32,000 bases of DNA. Origin: Xylanibacter ruminicola 23. GTDB taxonomy: Bacteria; Bacteroidota; Bacteroidia; Bacteroidales; Bacteroidaceae. The translations under genes and the position numbers were made by a program. The notes under the pieces were generated by a model. It was not told the origin of the DNA and did no database searches. It worked only from the letters and a program-made list of their open reading frames with translations. Below are positions 31,732 to 32,000 of this stretch, piece after piece (positions within the stretch are counted from its first letter, which is position 1; each line of letters opens with the position of its first letter). Location: assembly GCF_000025925.1 (NCBI RefSeq), contig NC_014033.1:1050001-1082000 (forward strand), read 5' to 3'.

Positions 31732-32000
31732 TATTCTTCTTCAGTCTTATTCGGTGTAACAAGCTTAGCGTCTCTATTTTCATCAAGCGTTGAAAGCATG
31801 ATGAATGGACAATCGGGATGAACGCCTTCCCAACCGTTGAACCTTATAATGATATGGTGAACGGTGAAAAGAAGGTCGTGATATGGCTTCTGCAGAGCCT
31901 GAGCGATGGTATAGAGCTCACGCTTGTCAGAACCGGAGTTGTTTGTCTGACTCTTTCCTGGTACTGAGCCGACGAGGTTAGAATGAACGCGCATCGTAAA
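31731..32000 (-). CDS. Phage protein, probably 5'-truncated by the window edge
   Basis: The frame stays open from the stop at 31731-31733 to position 32000. ATG 31994 is the only in-window start. Confidence 0.5.
   Translation of the reverse strand, partial: FTMRVHSNLVGSVPGKSQTNNSGSDKRELYTIAQALQKPYHDLLFTVHHIIIRFNGWEGVHPDCPFIMLSTLDENRDAKLVTPNKTEEE

Larger units (their letters stand above)
13123..32000. mobile_element. Integrated siphovirus-like prophage next to tRNA-Lys; right end outside the window
   Basis: A tyrosine integrase lies immediately 3' of a tRNA gene. It is followed by a tail protein, tape measure, holin-amidase lysis cassette, an HK97-gp10-like gene and other structural genes, all on the minus strand, interspersed with AT-rich morons. 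The exact attL position within 13100-13400 cannot be fixed without the other end. Confidence 0.8.

Overview
The window reads as a Bacteroidales (Prevotella/Bacteroides-like) chromosome segment. Genes are preceded by the Bacteroidetes TTTG / TAnnTTTG promoter boxes, and Rho carries the long acidic Ala/Glu/Pro insertion typical of the phylum. Positions 1-12.8 kb are ordinary, tightly packed housekeeping genes: ABC-F ATPase, engB, rho, LMW tyrosine phosphatase, tilS, rlmI, a DEDDy exonuclease, ftsK, a lolA-like gene and a polytopic membrane protein. Two identical tRNA-Lys(CTT) genes sit at 12935-13122. Directly after them an integrated siphovirus-like prophage begins and runs off the right edge. 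It carries six TTGTTACC repeats, a tyrosine integrase, a tail protein, a 1340-aa tape measure, a holin/amidase/unimolecular-spanin-like lysis cassette and head-tail genes. The prophage is a patchwork with several accessory parts. (1) Strongly AT-rich orphan genes with their own promoters (449 aa, 314 aa, 136 aa). (2) A 1.8-kb cassette (UDG-fold-like protein, XRE repressor, 47-aa two-TM peptide) bounded by a ~55-nt direct repeat that duplicates the 3' end of a structural gene. (3) A promoter-plus-terminator unit that looks like an ~85-nt sRNA. (4) About 1.4 kb of ORF-free, hairpin-dense DNA around a 137-aa gene, containing two copies of a structured module with one compensatory base-pair change. 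The non-coding module pair and the repeat-bounded cassette are the best candidates for something undescribed. All functional calls come from motif recognition by eye; no homology search, RNA folding or statistics could be run.
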